Positions 20,131 to 33,033 of a stretch of 64,000 nucleotides of DNA are shown piece by piece; the stretch's first letter is position 1, and every line of letters starts with the position of its first letter. Source of the stretch: the human T2T-CHM13v2.0 reference genome, Homo sapiens; the NCBI RefSeq assembly GCF_009914755.1, contig NC_060928.1. The stretch is one strand, 5' to 3'. The notes under the pieces are model-generated. The model did no database searches, was not told the origin of the DNA, and saw only the letters and a program-made list of their open reading frames with translations. The position numbers were made by a program, and so were the translations under genes.

Positions 20131-20677
20131 ATTGAGTCAGGGTTTCTTTCATTCCTCTTCCTAATTCTCTTCAGGGAATAAGCAGAATAGGGCTCTGCTG
20201 AAGGTAGGAAATGAAATTGCAGAACCTAGGGCCATATAACCAGCATGGTTCCATTATTATTGACAGATAATGTTCCTGAAAGATAAATTACTGGGATTGC
20301 ATAATCAGATGTATATTGCAGTTTCTTCTATACTAGGATGGCATCATCAGACCAACTTGATGACTCTAGCATAATTAGTCTCCTTCCCTCACCTTTGTTA
20401 AGGTTTCATAGTCCTCAAGTATTTCTGTGCTGATATACTTGGTTCCATGTTGACTTTTCTGGAAGAGAGAGATTGTGACCTATCCCTTGCTGTCCCTTCT
20501 CAGAGATTCCTACCTGGCTCTTGCCCACCAGTTTAGCTGCCTGCATTTAGTATTGAGAGTAACTCTCGTTAGGGCTCTCTACCTTGATTTGAAAATTCTC
20601 TCCTCATGACCCTTTGACTTTTCATGTTTGGCTTTTTACCTGTACTCCTTCTTTTTGTGTTACCCCAGATTGACAAC

Positions 20678-21072
20678 TTTCTTTTTTTTTAAATTTTATT
20701 ATTATTATACTTTAAGTTTTAGGGTACATGTGCACAATGTGCGGGTTAGTTACATATGTATACATGTGTCATGCTGGTGTGCTGCACCCATTAACTCGTC
20801 ATTTAGCATTAGGTATATCTCCTAAAGCTATCCCTCCCCACTTGCCCCACCCCACAACAGTCCCCAGAGTGTGATGTTCCCCTTCCTGTGTCCATGTGTT
20901 CTCATTGTTCAATTCCCACCTATGAGTGAGAATATGCGGTGTTTGGTTTTTTATTCTTGCGATAGTTTACTGAGAATGATGATTTCCAATTTCATCCATG
21001 TCCTTACAAAGGACATGAACTCATCATTTTTATGGCTGCATAGTATTCCATGGTGTATATGTGCCACATTTT
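20678..21072 (-). mobile_element. Heavily 5'-truncated L1PA3-like 3' end (~400 bp)
   Basis: T-rich tail, then tatactttaagttttagggtacatgtgcacaatgtg...ggttagttac...catgctggtg; ends at gtgccacatttt. Confidence 0.96.
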
Positions 21073-21449
21073 ATTGGATGGACTATTCACGTCTAATCTT
21101 GTACAGTCCAAGACACTGCTTCTCAACTCTTACCTTGGTCCTTTGTACTGCAATTTACAGGCAAATCTATAGTACATTGTAATCAGCCCATTAGATCATT
21201 ACTTCTCAACTGGGTCTCAGTGTCCCTGGATTTTTATTTTCTGAGAATTAAAATGAGACAGAATGCAATAGGGAGATGAAATTAGTTTCCTAATTGTATG
21301 ATAATATATTTCTCATTTTTAAGCCATAAGTTGGATTTCCACTTCATATATCACTTTTTTCTGTTGAGTTTGGTTGGTGTAATCACTCTCGGTTCATTGA
21401 CAGAGAGAAGTGTCTTGACAAAGGCAGTATCACTTTTGAACTGAACCCA

Positions 21450-21620
21450 TTTTAATTCCAGTGCAGTCTCCCCAAACTGCATGGCCGTGGGAAAATTACT
21501 CACCATCTCTGGACTTTGGTTTTCTCACCTAACAGCAAATGATGAAGGCTACTTCTCAATGTTGTGGGGATTACTGAGGCAATTCAATGCATAGCATACT
21601 CAATAAATACTCTTCTTATG
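21450..21620 (+). mobile_element. MIR fragment
   Basis: aattactcaccatctctggactttggttttctcacct...catactcaataaata. Confidence 0.6.
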
Positions 21621-22220
21621 GTTGTATATTGTATTTTAAGAGAGTCTGAGAAAAGTTTAGGCTCAGATTCTGAAGTGTGGTGACAGCACCAAGATAATTT
21701 CACTGTCTAAGACTCTGCTTGAGTAGGCTTCTTCTCCTTCAAAACTTCCCAGGCATATTGGCATGCTACAAAAGGATGACAGATGTTCTTTCAATTCTCA
21801 TTTGCCTCCAGGCAGTTGAGCAGAATCTCAGGGTTGTTGAAATTCCCTAGGTGGTTCCCTGGCATCATTCAAAAACAGCCTTACCCGTTTACTCTATTGT
21901 ACCATACAAATATTTTTATGTATTATATGTGTCATGATGTGAAATAGTTTGGAAAGCAATACTGTACATTATTTCTCTTTAGATGCAACAATCCTATATG
22001 TGAAATGTATGGCACATAAAGTAAATATGGGAAAATGAATGCTGAAGTCCAGAAGGCTTAGTAAATTGGTGAAAATTGATCTGATTCTTGAAGAACAAGC
22101 AGTATTCAACATACTGTGAAAGAGTAGAAGCAGAAAATTTTAAAGTGAAGTTGAGGAACAGATATATTTATTGGCTGTGCTTGTTGGGGTACTTAACACT
22201 AGCTGACATGGTGGCTTGAT

Positions 22221-22255
22221 TGTGTGTGTGTGTGTGTGTGTGTGTGTTTGTGTGT
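22221..22255. repeat. (TG)n microsatellite
   Basis: Direct reading. Confidence 0.95.
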
Positions 22256-22287
22256 TTCCATTCATACTACATATAATGTAAGGTAGA

Positions 22288-22606
22288 CCCTGGAAGTGGT
22301 GGCTCACACGTGTAATATCAGCACTTTGGGAGGCTAAGACAGGTGGATCACTTGAGGTCAGGAGTTTAAGACCAGCCTGGCCAACATGGTGAAACCCTGT
22401 ATCTACTAAAAATACAAAAATTAGCCTAGTGTTGTGGCTTGTGTCTGTAATTCTAGCTACTCTGAGGCTGAGGTGGGAGAATTGCTTGCAGGTGGAGGTT
22501 GCAGTGAGCTGAGATGGTGCCACTGCACTCCAGCCTGGGTGACAGAGTGAGACTGTCAAAAACAAACAAACAAACAACCAAAAAACAAAAAAAAAAAACA
22601 AAAAAA
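22288..22606 (+). mobile_element. Alu (AluSz/Sx-like) with small right-arm deletion and (AAAC)n tail
   Basis: Dimeric Alu; gaattgcttgcaggtggagg lacks ~7 nt of consensus. TSD core gtaaggtaga at 22278-22287 and 22617-22626. Confidence 0.95.
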
Positions 22607-22626
22607 CAGTAAGGCAGTAAGGTAGA

Positions 22627-22890
22627 GAACCGCCCTCCATCTTGTTGTAGATTTGCCATTTGGAAACACATGATTTCCAAGTTTGCATAGGCAGTGCAGA
22701 GAAGTTAAGAGGATTTAAGAGAAATTGTAAAGAGCCAGGCCTGTCTTATGTCATATCTCCCATACCCCATTGGCCACAATCCATTTCTACCACCTCAATC
22801 TAATTGCAGAGGAGATTTGGGAAACATAGACTTCCTATGTGACTAGGAATATAAAATGTTGTGTTAAACACATAATATAGTCTGTGCCAT
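22627..22890 (-). mobile_element. Old MLT1-like LTR remnant (probably continues left of the Alu)
   Basis: ccccattggccaca...ctaattgcagaggagatttgggaaacatagac...atagtctgtgccata. Confidence 0.55.
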
Positions 22891-24164
22891 AAGAATTTTC
22901 AGAATCACCTATATGGAAATCCTAATTATCAGCAAGGGTTGATTAAGAAGCAAGGTATCATGAGACAGAGAATGCGCTGGGGAGTCTCAATGCCAGAGCC
23001 ATAAATCAATACAGCCTAAGGTGTCCGTCATCACTAAAGAGTATAAAAGATGAGAATCCGCATGTCAGCTTGTCAAGGTGAAGATGGAGACACTTGACAG
23101 TCTTGATTGGCTCCCCCTACCTGTTCTGCCTCTGTTGGTCAGCTGTCACCTCTATTTAGCCCCATCATATTTATGCACTTAGTAAAAGTAGTAGGGGCTG
23201 GTGTCATAGAAATGTTGGAGGCTTCCTCAGGAAAGTATCAGGGGTTCTTGGACAAACTTTATGGAGAGTGCTTATAACAGTCAAAGGAGAGAAGGCTGCA
23301 AGAGTTGCTACTATCTTGATTGTGAAAGGACAAACTGTATGTTAGGCTAAAGGGGACCATCTTCATTCTTAGATTGTGAAGATTCACTGAAAAAAAAAAT
23401 TGAGCAGTGTTGTCATCTTGTTTATCAAACTATGCCTTTGTTAGATGAATCTGGCTTTTCCTGATGCCACTGCAAGCTATGCTTGTTGTAGCCCAAGTTG
23501 GCCACTGAAAACAAGCTTAAGATGTCTCTTTTCTGTGACTCCATTGTACTGAAAAATTTTTGGTGCTAATATCTGTTTTATGTTTTCCTCATCTACCCTA
23601 ATGAGCTTATCCTGGACTAGGACTAGTCTGATTTGTTTTTCTATCACCAGTGTTTTGCGTACTGTCTCATAGCAGCACGTTTAGGGAGCACAAGTTCTCA
23701 AAAGCTATTTATTTATAAAGCCACCTTTCCCATTCTCCTCAACAAACCAATCTGGATAATTGTCAGTTCAACTCTTCTGTGAAATGGATATTCCTGAACC
23801 TGAGCCCTAAAAGAAGCTAAGTAGCCTCTGAATCATCAAAGAGATTCAATTATACTCAATCTGTATTTTAATGGCTTATATGTTGATTATATACAATTAT
23901 TTGAAACTTGTTCCTCTGTATATGAGGATATTCTACTAAGTAGGGCATCCTGTTTTTAAACTATCATTATCTCTTCATGTTGATTTAAATAATCTGTTTG
24001 AGTGGGTGAGAAAGCCACAGGGAAACCAAATAATTCTCAATAGTTTTATGCATATTTACAAACAAAAATGAAGTATGGAGACTGACCATACAGTGTTTTT
24101 TCTGAGAGTAAGCTAAGCCTTAGAGGATTTCAGTGAGATACGGAAAGGAAATAAAATGTTTTGA

Positions 24165-24360
24165 ACACCTGCAATACTCTGGGAAATATGCTAGGCATTT
24201 TACATCTGTTTTCCCTTTTAATTCTTCTAACAACCTGCAGGATTGATATCAGTATCCCCATTTTACAGATGAAGAAATTAAAGCTCAGAGAAACTAGGTC
24301 TATTGTCCAAGGCAAACATCCAGGAAATGATCTGTAGGACTCTGAAGTTTGCAAACCAAC
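24165..24360 (-). mobile_element. MIR
   Basis: tgctaggcattttaca...tttaattcttctaacaaccct...tatccccattttacagatgaagaaattaaagctcagagaa. Confidence 0.88.
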
Positions 24361-26542
24361 ATTTTATGTGGCAAAAGCAGATCTGAGTCTTGAGTATGGT
24401 TAAGACAATACCTTTTGTAAATATCTGAAACTTACTTATCCATAATTCAGTAGCCGTTTTTCTACCCTCCCTTCTTCCTTTCCTTCTGATTCTTCTGCAC
24501 TGATCTAATTAATTGGCATTGCCCGAGTCTGCCCCTTAGGGATTTACCTCACCTTGAATGGCCTGTATGGAAAGCACCTCTCAGCAGGAAAAGATCAACT
24601 TAAAAACGTTTCTGTGGCAACCATTGACTCCCAAAGACTGCTCCTCCTTTGACCATATATCTGAAAGCCAGAAAATAGATTACTTTTTAAAGTTTCATTT
24701 TACAGCAAAGTCTACTTACCAATGATGAACAGCTAATATTTTAAAAAATATAGTCAGTTATGTAACCTCTGCTGATTGTTGCCAGTGGAAATCAAGGAGC
24801 TTAGAGCTATCCTCTTCCCTCAATCCTTAGCTCCTCTGCCAATAGAATTTTTTTTCAAACGCCAATAGAATTGGAGTTTGGGGAAGCTTAGGTGAATTGA
24901 ATTTGCAGGGCAGGATCCTTGAGAAAAGTGAGCTTAGTGAAGAGAGTTCCCAAAATCTGCACAGAAGTCTTCTTTAGTCTTTAAGTGACAGTTTGTGCAT
25001 GTATTAGATACAATTTCAGAAATATGCACATAAAACAATTTCTGGGAAAAGAAAAATTACCTAAGAGCTGTAAATTCAATAATTCCCAGGTTTACACAGG
25101 AATGGGATCTTGTGACCTTTTACATCCAGAAGGAAGAGAACTTGTAAAATACAGGGGACAATTATTAGGAATCGTAGAACAGTAAGGTCTTAGTATTTCT
25201 ACTGAATTCCACCTATAGGAAAATCTGCCACAGACTAGACCTAAGATAACTTGAAAACGATGCTTAACAGGAACAAACTATTGAGCAAATAAATGAATTG
25301 CTTGCTATAACAAAGTCTAAAAGTCTGTCAAATACTACATCAAAATAGAGCACTCTATTATGTAAAAGTCACAATATCTGACATCCAATCAAAAACTGCT
25401 CGACCTAGTGAAGGAGCAAGAAATTGTGACCCACAATCAGGAAGAAGAAGACTGTAAAGAAAGGTTCATAAAGAACAGAGATGGAACTGTTAAAAAACAA
25501 AGATCTTAAAATAATGTTTATAGGAATTTTAAAGGAACATGAACCTAGAGAGGAAAGACATGGAAGAAGAAATATTTTTAAAATGAATGAAGCTTCGACA
25601 GATGAAAAATAACCTCTGAAGTAAAATTTTCACTGAATGCATTAAAATAGATCGGACATTTCAGAAGAAAAGATCAGTGGACTTGAAAGAAAGCAACAAA
25701 CACTATCCAAAATGAAGAACATAGAAAAAAAATTAAAAAAAAAGCTTACGATCTGCAAACAAAATTAGTTCTCTAACACACGTCCTCTGTAGCTAGAGCC
25801 CCAGTATCTAAATTTTTCTGTGACTCTAAAACTGTCCTGAAAAATAAAAAGTCTACTTAAAAAGAATAAAATGATGGAATAAAATATTTTGTGATAACAT
25901 TTATCAGAAAGTTGGAATGGCAACATTAATATCAGACACAGTAGACTTCTGGGTACCAACTATTGCCAGAGATAAAGAATGACATTTTATAATAATAAAA
26001 AAGATGAATTCATTATGATGACATAATCAACCTAAATTTGCATGAACTTTATAACAGATATTCAAAATACAATGGAGCAAAATTTTGACATAATTGAAAG
26101 GAGAAATAGAAAAATTGAGAAATATAGTTAAAAATTTCAACACTCCTTTTTCACTAACTGATATAACAATAGTCAGAAAATCAATAGAAATATAGAAGAA
26201 ATTATAAACCAACTTAATCTAACTGATATTTGTAGACATTTCCACCCATCAAGTGAAGAATACAAATTATTTTATTTACCAAGATAGACCATATTTTGTG
26301 TCATAAAACATGTATCATTACCTTTGAAAGGACTGAAATCATACCAGCTGTGTACTCTGACACACCAGGAATTGACTCAGAAATCAGCAACAGAAAAATA
26401 TCTGGAAACCCTCCCCCCACAACATAGCTGGAAATTTAAACAATACATATTTCTAAATAACCCATCTGTCAAAGAAAAAAATCACAAGATAAATAAAAAA
26501 CTATTTTAATGGAAATAAAATACACTAAATTGTGGGATGCAG

Positions 26543-26900
26543 GATCTTAGTGTGCTTGGGCTGCCATGATAAAATACAATGGACTGGGTGTCTTAAACAA
26601 CAGAGGTTAGTTTCTCACAGCTCTGGAGGCTGGGAAGCCCCAGACTAAGACCAAAGTGCTGGCTGGTGTGGATCTGACTGAGGGCTTTCTTCCTGGTTTG
26701 TAGAGGCAAGTAAGGAAGCAAGAGAGGAGGGGCGATCTCTCTTCCTCTTCTTATAAGGCCACCCATTCCATCATAAGGACTGCACCTTCATGACCTTATC
26801 TAACTCTAATATTTCTCAAAACACCTCTCCAAATACCATCATGTTGTGAATTGAGACTGGAATATATGAATTTTGGGGTGTACACACTTATTTCTTAACA
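26543..26900 (-). mobile_element. MaLR solo LTR (MLT1A/MSTD-like) with perfect 5-bp TSD TGCAG
   Basis: cttag..ttgggctgcc..aaacaacaga..tttctcacagctctggaggctgggaag; TGCAG at 26538-26542 and 26901-26905. Confidence 0.9.
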
Positions 26901-26934
26901 TGCAGCCAAAACATTGCTTAGTTCTCCCCTCTCA

Positions 26935-27690
26935 AAAAAAAAGTTATTGAGAAATTTTTCATCATCCCATAATAAAACTCTGTTCCCACTAAATAAAAAT
27001 ACCCCATTTCCTTTCTCCGTAGACCCTGGTAACTGCTGCTCTGCTTTCGGTCTCTAATAATTTGAGGATTCTAGGTACCTCATATAAGTAGAATCTTATA
27101 ATATTTGTCCTGTTGCATCTGGCTTATTTTATTTAGCATAATGTCTTCAAAGTTCATCTATATTATATCAGAGTTTTATTCCTTCTTAAGGCTGAATAAT
27201 ATCCCATTGTATTCACGTACCAAATTTTGTTTATCTGCTTATCCATTGGTGGAAATTTAGGTTGTGTCCATTTTTTGGCTATTGCGAATAATCTTGCGAT
27301 GAACATTAATGTGTAAATGTCTGTTTGAGACCCTGATTTCAATTTTTGGGGTATATACTCCAAAATGAAACTGATGGATCATAGGGTAATTCTATACTTA
27401 ATTTTTTTTAGGAACTGCCATACTTTTTTACACAGCAGCTGCACCATTTTACATTCCCACCAGCAATGCACAACGGTTCTGATTTCTCTATGTCTTGTGA
27501 GTATGTATTATTATCTGTTCTTTTGATAATAGCCATTCTAATGGGTATAAAGTCGTATCTCATTGTGGTTTTGATTTGAGTTTTTCTAATGGTTATTGAT
27601 GTTGAGCATCTTTTCATGTGCTTCTTGGCCATTTGCATATCTTCTTTGGAGAAGTATCTACTCAAGTATTTTGTCCATTTAAAGTTTTTT
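26935..27690 (-). mobile_element. L1MB-like 3' fragment
   Basis: Minus-strand ORFs 27408-27665 and 27163-27363 encode the L1 ORF2 C-terminus (FSKEDMQMAKKHMKRCSTS..TTMRY; TLMFIARLFAIAKKW). Confidence 0.9.
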
Positions 27691-30569
27691 TAATGCTTAG
27701 ATTAGATACAAAGAAAGGTTTATAATTAGTACTCTTAGGTGGCATTAAGAAGCTAGAAAAGAAAGCAAAGTATACCCAAAATAAGTATAAGGAGATAAAT
27801 AATCAAAATAAAGGTATAAATCAATGAATTAAAAAACCAGAAAAATAGAGAAAATTGATTAAACCTCCGATCAATTAATAAGTCTTATTGTTCCCTATCT
27901 CCCAAATACATCTTAAGCCTGCCAGCCTTCCAAATTTGTTCATCTTGGTAATTCCAGTGGCTGGCATAGTACCTTGTTAATAATGTGTGTTCAATAATTA
28001 CTTGACCAATTAATTCACATATTTTTTTTCACAAATTAAAAATGGTAAGATAAGACAAGACAAACACATAGAAACAACACAGAAAAATGCAAAGAAGTGC
28101 AGTGGAAAAGGAACAACATTTAGAATCAGAAAATTCACTGTGTAATTATGTTGCTCTACACAAGTCCGTGTGGCTTTCTGATCCGCATCTGTAAAATAAA
28201 TATGATTCAAATAACAAATATTAATGTTTGGGATCTCCGTTCAACATAAATTAAAAATGGTTTCATTAATCCAGATTTTGGGGTTAAACTTGGTTCAGCT
28301 CAGAGCAGTCCTGCTCTATTGTCTCTCAGAATTGTGCAATGTCTGCATGGGTACCTCTTCATGTGCTGTCTAAAAATTCACCTTCTCTTGTGTTACCTTC
28401 TTTGAACTGTCATTCCAGCTTAAGTCACAAGACACAAGCTCCTTGAGGTCAAGTACAAAAACTTTCTCTCCGTCTTCCTTGAAACTGACAAGTTCCTGGC
28501 ATAGTAAATCATTGTTGAATTAGAAGGATTAGAAGAGTGTGAAAGCTATCAGAGCCTAGAGAAAATTATAATTGCTAATACTTTATTTCTGAAAAAAAAG
28601 TAACATAGGATCAACTGCTCAATAGTTCTGTTTCTTCATGTAACACTTGTTACTTGAAATACCAAGGATGAAGTTAAGTACTTGATTCTATGCAGCCTTT
28701 TCCCATGATCTCCTTAATACCGGACTCCAAATTGTTTTCAAACTATTTGTCAGATCTCCTTTCTTTCCTATAAGCATTAAAGAGGTTTTCTCTCTGGCAC
28801 ATACTTAGCACGTAGTGCTTTCTTCACCAAGCAAGACTTGTGGAATTTGTCCATGCTTTCAAAGCAAATACAGTGAGCAGAAAAAGGAAAACTAGACTTG
28901 ACTGAAAACTAGCACGAGTTAGAAAACTATGAAACTGGGAGTTTCTTATTTTCCAATCAAGTCAGAATAGTTCATCTGTTACAGTAAATTTCTCCCTCCT
29001 CTTTGCTGTCCAAATCACGTCCATCCTCTTCAGCCCCACTCTAATCACACTTCCCTGTGTAATCAGACTCTTACCTACTGCCCTCTGCTTTATCTGAATT
29101 TCTGCAGCATTTATAAATAATATCACAAATCTAGTACCTGTTTAAAATCTGTTCCGCAAAAATAATTATATCTGAACTGCATTACACTTTTGAAATGCTT
29201 TTACTTTTAATTTCTTTGGTGTTTGCAATTATTTGGAGAGTTAGGTATTAGTGTTTATGCAACCATTTTAAAGATCAGAGGCAGAGAGAGCCTTGGGGAC
29301 TTACATGAGGCTATGTATCATGATGTTAGGATTCCAAGCCTATCCAGTGACCTTACCCAATGGTCCTGCATTGTTTCTCTGTGCTTGCCTTGGCTTCCCC
29401 ATCTCCAGCCTTAGCACGTCATGTCGTCCCAGCAAAGCCTAGTAGAGCACTAGGCACAAAGCCTCGTGCTTACTTATCCTTTGTCCACTGCAGGGTACAT
29501 GTTCATGTAAAATTTCTATTTGTTGTAAAACATCATATTTTTGCTCTTTTGTTATATTAAATGTTCATTGCTTCAGATTTTAACTAGCTTCTCTGGTACT
29601 TGTTTGTAACGGGATCTAGAATAACAGAATACAGAAAAAATAAGCTATGAAGAAACTTGAGATCATATAAGCCACCACCTTCTTTTCCGGTACAACATCA
29701 ATTCCTCTTGGTGAAAACAGACCTACCAACCTAGCTGAGAAATGAATTCCATATGGTTCTGATGATCGTAGGCCCTTCTTCTTTTCTATTCACCACACAT
29801 AGAGCCGGAGACATGACTCAGGAATGGAACAACACCCAAAGCCCCAGTCAAAACTATTGGTCTAGCCATGGGCACGTGCTTGAAGAAAAGGCAGAATTCT
29901 CCCTGGGATGTACATATACACATATATGTATTTTGCCAAACCTTTGGAAGAGGATACATTTCCCCTGGCAGAGTATCAGTTCTGATTATGTATTTCTATT
30001 ACATTCATTACTTGGAGAGAGTGTACTTGAGAGAAATGGAACCCCAACTACATTGTTTGAGTCTTTTATCCTAGCCATACCTAACCTTAGCACTAAATTT
30101 GATCGTTTCTATTGAGTAATAGTTCTTTAATGTTGAAACTAGTTCAAGTCATATTTTTGTTACTTGACAATTGGGAGTAGAGACTAATGCACTTGTCACT
30201 ACAGAAGAGAAAACTCATGTTGGAAATAACTTATTGAAAGTCATAAATCTAGTTAGTGACAGGATCTGAAAAGAAATAACCCAGATCACTTTAATTATAG
30301 TAAAATATTTTTTCTAGCTTACCAAATTTCAGTACGTGAGGTTTTCATTTTCTGGGTTTATAATTTACAACATCACTGCCTCTTTATTATAAGAGTGCAC
30401 AAATATTCTTATTGCAACATTTTTTAATTTCAATAAATTTTACCACCCATGATGAAGCCCCTTCTTATTCAAAGGTTCTATAATTGATGTCTGCCCTTCA
30501 TGAGTTATGACATGGTATATATTTGGTATATGTATGCCATATATTTAAAATAAACTTTAGGGCTGTACT

Positions 30570-30900
30570 AATTATGATGGCAATTCTTATGTGCCAGCTA
30601 CTCTATTTTGCACTTTCTATGTTTTCTAAATCTACTTAATGATGCTATAAAGTATCCATTTTTAGAGTAGAAAGTTGAGGGTGAGATAAATTATATAAAT
30701 TGTTCAATGTCACTCAGAGTTAGATTGAAATTCAGTTGTATTTGACCCCAACCTGTGCTCTTTTCTCTGTACCAGATACTTTCAAGTTTCTCTGCTTTTA
30801 TCTGAGTTTTCATTTTGCTGATGAAAAATCTAAACCACAGCAAGTTTTGCCACTTGTTCAAGGTCATCCATTCAGTTAGTGGCAGAGCTGAAATCTATTC
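30570..30900 (-). mobile_element. Two adjacent MIR fragments
   Basis: ccatttttagagtagaaagttgagg... and cattttgctgatgaaaaatct...cttgttcaaggtcatccattcagttagtggcagagctg. Confidence 0.7.
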
Positions 30901-32189
30901 ACTCAATACCAAAAACCTAGACAACACTAAGAACATAATCACTCACAGGTACTACATGGCTTTGGGGTAGCTTTCAACAGAATTATTCACTTCTCATTAT
31001 ACTTATGTTGGTATTGCTAACCATCCAAATTCCCTGGCTTCTGGACTCTAGAGCTTTGAAATTAGTGCCTTTTAAGTACATAAATGTCTCATCCGCTGAT
31101 AAGGGAAGTAGGGCCTGCCAAGCAAGTGTGTTTTTCCACAGGGATCTATGCCAGGCAGATGGCGTGAGCCCAGGTGGCCATCAAGGCAACACAGCGGAGA
31201 GACTTCGGAAGGCAAGCATGAAACCATGCCAAGAGAGTTCTGGTGGTCACAACTGAAGAAGCCACATCTGTTGTCATGTCCCTAAAACAAATATGGAGCT
31301 AAGAATGAAAAAAAAAAAAAAAAACCCAAGGGATGAAGTCTAAGTAGCACAGGAGTATAGTGGATGCTAACGAACAAAAGAATGAAGTAAGATGGTTTAG
31401 GACTTTCATGTTAAGTGGCGCTGGGATGCTGATGTTATTGGCCTATACCACATGATGCTTTGGTAGACACAGCCTGAGTTATAGGAAAACGTTGGTATTG
31501 GAAAATTTTAGGAATTTGTAGGAATTCTACTTCAAAACATATATGGTGCGGAAGCTGCCTAACTGTGGAAGAAGAGCAGTAGATGTTTTTGCTGTTTGGA
31601 TTCATTGCAAAACTGCTCTTTTCTCCAATTTACATAAACTCCACATTGAAGTACTTACATATTAAAAGCATTTCCTGAAAGCTCTTGGAACACTTCACAG
31701 TTTTCATTCTTTAATTCTTATATATAGGTACTCTTAAAAATATTATGAAAAACTATTCCACCACACAGAACTGAAGAAAGCCTGAGAATGGCAGACAAGT
31801 TTTCTGTGTTGATTTTAAGACCAATTACAATTACTTGGAGAATTTAGACTTGAAGCTTTCTCAGTTGAGATAAGGCAAATGGCCATTTGATCATTCTGTT
31901 CTATAAAACAGAAAAAGTACATCTAACCAGAAAACTGGTTGCATTTGGAAGAGACGCTGGCTTCTCTTCTGAGAGCTCAGGTAGTACTATTCACTCTTGG
32001 ACTGCAAGTAATGAAGTTGGCAACTCCTCAAAGGGAGTGAGCTTCTTGTTGTTTTATGAATTTTATTTTTCTTCTTTTCAACCTCAACTGGCTTGTGTTT
32101 TAAGATTTTCTTTGATTTTATTCAAATGAAGTGCAACTACTTTTGAATTTGATTGACATATACACTTAACTCCAAAATTATATAATATT

Positions 32190-32645
32190 TATTGCTCTTA
32201 TTTTGTTTAAAGTAGTATTATGAGTTTATTTTAGAAAATTTGAAATGTACAGTAAAGCACACCAAAAATGCCAGCTGTAATTTCACCATCAGAGAAAACT
32301 GTTTTTTCTATTTTAATGTCTGGGGTTTTTTTGTCAGTTATTTTTGATGCTTAATGATATTTTATCAGAAATATTCATGCTTCACATACTAAATTGTAAT
32401 CTATCTTTTATCATTTTACACCAGAAAATGCACTCTCCTAAAAGAATGTATACCATCATTGATTTAACCAGTCCTATCAAATGTTTAGATTATTGCTACT
32501 TCTTTCTTACTCTCTTACAATGCATGATGCTGGAATAAACATCTCTTTAGATATCCATGTACATATCCATGATGTTTGCCTTACAATCAATACAATTCTA
32601 GAAGTGAAATGTATGCTTGAGTTCTAGAGTAACACTTTGACATGT
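32190..32645 (-). mobile_element. Ancient L1ME-like 3'UTR fragment
   Basis: tagaaaatttgaaatgtacag..., atgtataccat..gatttaaccagtccta, aattctagaagtgaaat. Confidence 0.6.
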
Positions 32646-33033
32646 TACCTCTTTATTATCAGGTTGTAAAATAAATATTGGCCCAATTCAAACTAGTATT
32701 TAGGGGGTGAGGCATAAACCTGGAAGGTTGATAGACAAGTCAGTGTTGGTCAATGTTGAGACTGGATTTTGAAATCTGTAGCTCGATTTGATGGAGATAG
32801 TAATTTGAGAAAACTGAGATAAAGGGAACCTAAAGACCCAGTTGGTTAAGTGGAGATAAAATTATAGTTTAGGAGTGCCCATGTGACTGAACATTTTGCT
32901 TTGTGCTAGACATACAATGACTGTAATCGTCAAAGATCTCTAAGGCAGGTATTACCCCTATTATTTTAGAAGTACAGCAACTAAGGCTCAGAAGGTTTAG
33001 CTAAGAATCTTTTAAAAGGGCATCCCTCCAGGT

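Larger units (their letters stand above)
25250..27870 (+). mobile_element. Ancient L1 (L1MC/ME-like) ORF1 to endonuclease region, interrupted by an MLT1A LTR and an antisense L1MB
   Basis: cagaagaaaagatcagtggacttgaa (ORF1); ttaatatcagaca..gtagactt..gccagagataaagaatgacattttataataataaa (EN); tgtgggatgcag|ccaaaacattgcttag spans the LTR; taagaagctagaaaagaa..cccaaaataagt resumes after 27690. Confidence 0.8.

Noticed and set aside
22140-22688. 182-aa minus-strand ORF
   Set aside because: Read-through of an antisense Alu plus the (CA)n repeat (HTHTHT); a typical Alu-derived spurious ORF.
29753-30115. 120-aa ATG-initiated ORF
   Set aside because: No recognisable domain; it overlaps what looks like a degenerate MLT1-type LTR ending ~30191 (ttgttacttg..gactaatgca). 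The length is compatible with chance.
31308-31324. A17 as the tail of a processed pseudogene
   Set aside because: No upstream AATAAA, no TSD found, and no recognisable parent-gene ORF.
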